Below are positions 61,741 through 64,000 of a stretch of DNA of 64,000 bases, piece by piece. Position 1 is the stretch's first letter; each line of letters starts with the position of its first letter. A program made the translations under genes and the position numbers. The notes below the pieces were generated by a model. It saw only the letters and a program-made list of their open reading frames with translations. It was not told the origin of the DNA and ran no database searches. This DNA comes from Oceanispirochaeta sp. (GTDB lineage: Bacteria > Spirochaetota > Spirochaetia > DSM-2461): positions 2,336,001 to 2,400,000 of the forward strand of contig CAXXOA010000001.1 of NCBI GenBank assembly GCA_963666275.2, read 5' to 3'.

Positions 61741-62921
61741 AAGACGCAGCAGCGGCACTCAAGGGTATCACCATGCCGACCCACCTTATTAAAAGTCCCA
61801 TTTTCAGCAGGGAAACCGGGAATGATATCTATCTCAAACCGGAAAATCTGCAGTTGACCGGGGCTTTTAAGATCCGGGGTGCCTATTTCAAAATATCGAC
61901 CCTGTCAGAGGAACAGAAAAAGCAGGGACTGATAGCCTCCTCCGCCGGGAATCATGCTCAGGGTGTAGCCCTGGCAGCTCAGATGCTGGGGGTGAAAGCG
62001 ACCATCGTGATGCCCCGCAATACGCCTCTTATTAAAGTAGAGGCCACCAGGAACTACGGTGCCAGAGTCATCCTGGAAGGTGACTATTACGATGACGCCT
62101 ATCTCTATGCCAGGGAACTGGAAAAACAGGAAGACCTTGTCTTTATTCATCCCTTTGATGATGAAGAGGTTATGGCGGGTCAGGGAACCATCGGTCTTGA
62201 AATACTCGAGGAACTGGCCGATGTGGATACGATTGTGGTTCCCATCGGCGGCGGCGGTCTGATGGCAGGAATCGCAGTGGCTGTGAAATCCCTGAAACCG
62301 GATGTGAGGGTTGTGGGTGTGGAACCCGACGGTGCCATGGCTATGAGTGACTCTGTTTTCCGGAACAAAATACAAACTCTGGACAAGGTGGATACCATCG
62401 CCGACGGCGTGGCAGTCAGAACTCCCGGTGAAAAGACCTTCGGTGTGATAAAAGACCTTGTGGATGAAATCATCACGGTCAGTGATGCGGAACTGATGGA
62501 GTCCTTTCTTCTGCTGCTGGAGCGTCATAAGCTCATTGCCGAAAATTCCGGAGTCCTCTCTCTGGCAGCCCTTTACAAGCTGCGGGAAAAGGGAAAAAAG
62601 ATCGTCCCGGTTATCAGCGGAGGCAATATCGACGTTGTAACCATCTCTTCGATGATTGATACCGGTCTGGTTAAAAGGGGCAGAATCTTCTGCTTTTCCG
62701 CCGATATGCCCGATGAACCCGGTCAGCTTCTGAAAATATCACAGATTCTGGCTGAAGAAAATGCCAATATTATCAAACTGGATCACAACCAGTTCAAAAC
62801 TCTGGACAGGCTTAAAGAGGTTCAGCTCGAAGTCACAGTGGAAACCAACGGCCATGAGCATGTTAAAAACATTATCCGGGCGCTGGAAAAGGGCGGATAC
62901 TCTGTGGAAAGAATCTATTAA
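61716..62921 (+). CDS. ilvA: Threonine ammonia-lyase with C-terminal ACT domain
   Basis: ENLQLTGAFKIRGA, SAGNHAQG, GGGGL, SGGN. Confidence 0.93.
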   Translation: MGPTLERIKDAAAALKGITMPTHLIKSPIFSRETGNDIYLKPENLQLTGAFKIRGAYFKISTLSEEQKKQGLIASSAGNHAQGVALAAQMLGVKATIVMPRNTPLIKVEATRNYGARVILEGDYYDDAYLYARELEKQEDLVFIHPFDDEEVMAGQGTIGLEILEELADVDTIVVPIGGGGLMAGIAVAVKSLKPDVRVVGVEPDGAMAMSDSVFRNKIQTLDKVDTIADGVAVRTPGEKTFGVIKDLVDEIITVSDAELMESFLLLLERHKLIAENSGVLSLAALYKLREKGKKIVPVISGGNIDVVTISSMIDTGLVKRGRIFCFSADMPDEPGQLLKISQILAEENANIIKLDHNQFKTLDRLKEVQLEVTVETNGHEHVKNIIRALEKGGYSVERIY

Positions 62922-62929
62922 ACGGGTTT

Positions 62930-63379
62930 TTACGCCTCTCTGATCAGGTCCATCACAGCATCAGGATTCTCAGCAGCTTTCAGCTGACGGCAGAGATCTT
63001 CATTCCGGGCGATACCGGCGATCTGGGAGAGTGCCTGAATGTGCTGAGAGCTCTGCTCCGGACGGGATATGATCATAAAAAAGAGATGCGAATCCTGACC
63101 GTCCAGGGCTTCAAAATCCACCCCTCCGGGAGAGATGCCCAGAATTATGCACAGATCCTGTATCTGTTCTGTTTTGGCATGGGGTACGGCGATGCCTTTA
63201 TCCAGTCCGGTGCTTCCCAGACTCTCCCTCTCTACAAGAGCATTCAGAAGGGAGTCGGAATCGTTGATAATGCCCTTATTTTTAAGTACCGCCACCAGTT
63301 CCGAGAGCACCCCCTCTTTATCTCCTGATTCCAGAGGAACCTGAATGAGATTTCTGTCAAGTAAGTCCTGTAAAGCCAT
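62930..63379 (-). CDS. PTS EIIA protein (Fru/Ntr type)
   Basis: ERESLGSTG..GIAVPHA, DFEALDG. Confidence 0.92.
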   Translation of the reverse strand: MALQDLLDRNLIQVPLESGDKEGVLSELVAVLKNKGIINDSDSLLNALVERESLGSTGLDKGIAVPHAKTEQIQDLCIILGISPGGVDFEALDGQDSHLFFMIISRPEQSSQHIQALSQIAGIARNEDLCRQLKAAENPDAVMDLIREA

Positions 63380-63397
63380 AAAATCCTCTTATTAAAT

Positions 63398-64000
63398 TCA
63401 ACCGATAATAGATGGTGACAGATACATGAAATCTGCTTTATTTTCTCCCACTTTAACATCATAGAGAAATGGTTCTTTCTGTTCTCCCAGAAAAAACTGG
63501 TCCCGGGGCACATCCTTTTCAATCACAAGGTCATCTACGGGCATAACCGCTTTCCTCCCCTGATGCTGCAGGATCAGGACATAGGGGGTCGAAAAACCGG
63601 TTCTCCGGCTGCTGATCATTCCCCGCAAGTTAAAAAGGGGCAGATAATCCGCTCCCACCTTATAGTAAAGCAGGTTATGCTCTTTCTGATGGATATCTCT
63701 GGAATCGGTCGGAAAAACTCCCCCTACATTCCTTTTGGGCAGGGCCATAAGACGCCCTTCCACCTGAAAGATCATCATGGGTATATAATCCCTCTCACCG
63801 GGGAGCGTCACCGTAAATACAGTTTCCTTTCCCGGTACAGTTTCAAGCGACAGAACCCCGCCCAGAGCATTTTCAATGTCGTGAGCAACCAGATCCAGGC
63901 CGATCCCTCTTCCGGACATCCTGTCTACCTGATCATTTGTGGAAAAACCCGGTTTTGTCAGGATCTGGAGGAGATTATTCTCCAGATCTGCGGCTATGCC
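63398..64000 (-). CDS. cheA: CheA-like chemotaxis kinase, C-terminal part (N-terminus outside the window)
   Basis: Frame open to the window edge: PGFST..MSGRGIGLD, followed by a CheW-like domain. Confidence 0.82.
   Translation of the reverse strand, partial: GIAADLENNLLQILTKPGFSTNDQVDRMSGRGIGLDLVAHDIENALGGVLSLETVPGKETVFTVTLPGERDYIPMMIFQVEGRLMALPKRNVGGVFPTDSRDIHQKEHNLLYYKVGADYLPLFNLRGMISSRRTGFSTPYVLILQHQGRKAVMPVDDLVIEKDVPRDQFFLGEQKEPFLYDVKVGENKADFMYLSPSIIG

Overview
A mostly housekeeping 64 kb window from a spirochaete (Spirochaetaceae-like, judged from cfpA and the folP-cdaA-cdaR-acpS-truA-priA and def-fmt-PASTA gene order). It holds about 55 CDS, two identical tRNA-Phe genes and a REP/tandem-repeat patch; I saw no transposase, integrase, prophage or CRISPR array. 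The main observation is the operon at 1-5262. cfpA (cytoplasmic filament protein) is followed by a hypothetical protein whose C-terminus aligns by eye with HPr (His224 at the His15 position). That is followed by a PPDK homologue that has lost the ATP-grasp catalytic residues I could align but keeps its phospho-His and PEP-binding sites. Together these look like a PPDK-derived, Enzyme I-like PEP-to-HPr phosphorelay coupled to the cytoskeletal filament. Other findings: about ten apparently leaderless genes, a candidate structured RNA after galK, a candidate cis-regulatory leader on an ABC transporter, a degenerate TPR-HEPN protein, a LysM membrane protein upstream of cfpA, an AT-rich surface protein, and a PTS EIIA behind cheA. 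All family calls come from motif recognition by eye; no searches were run.
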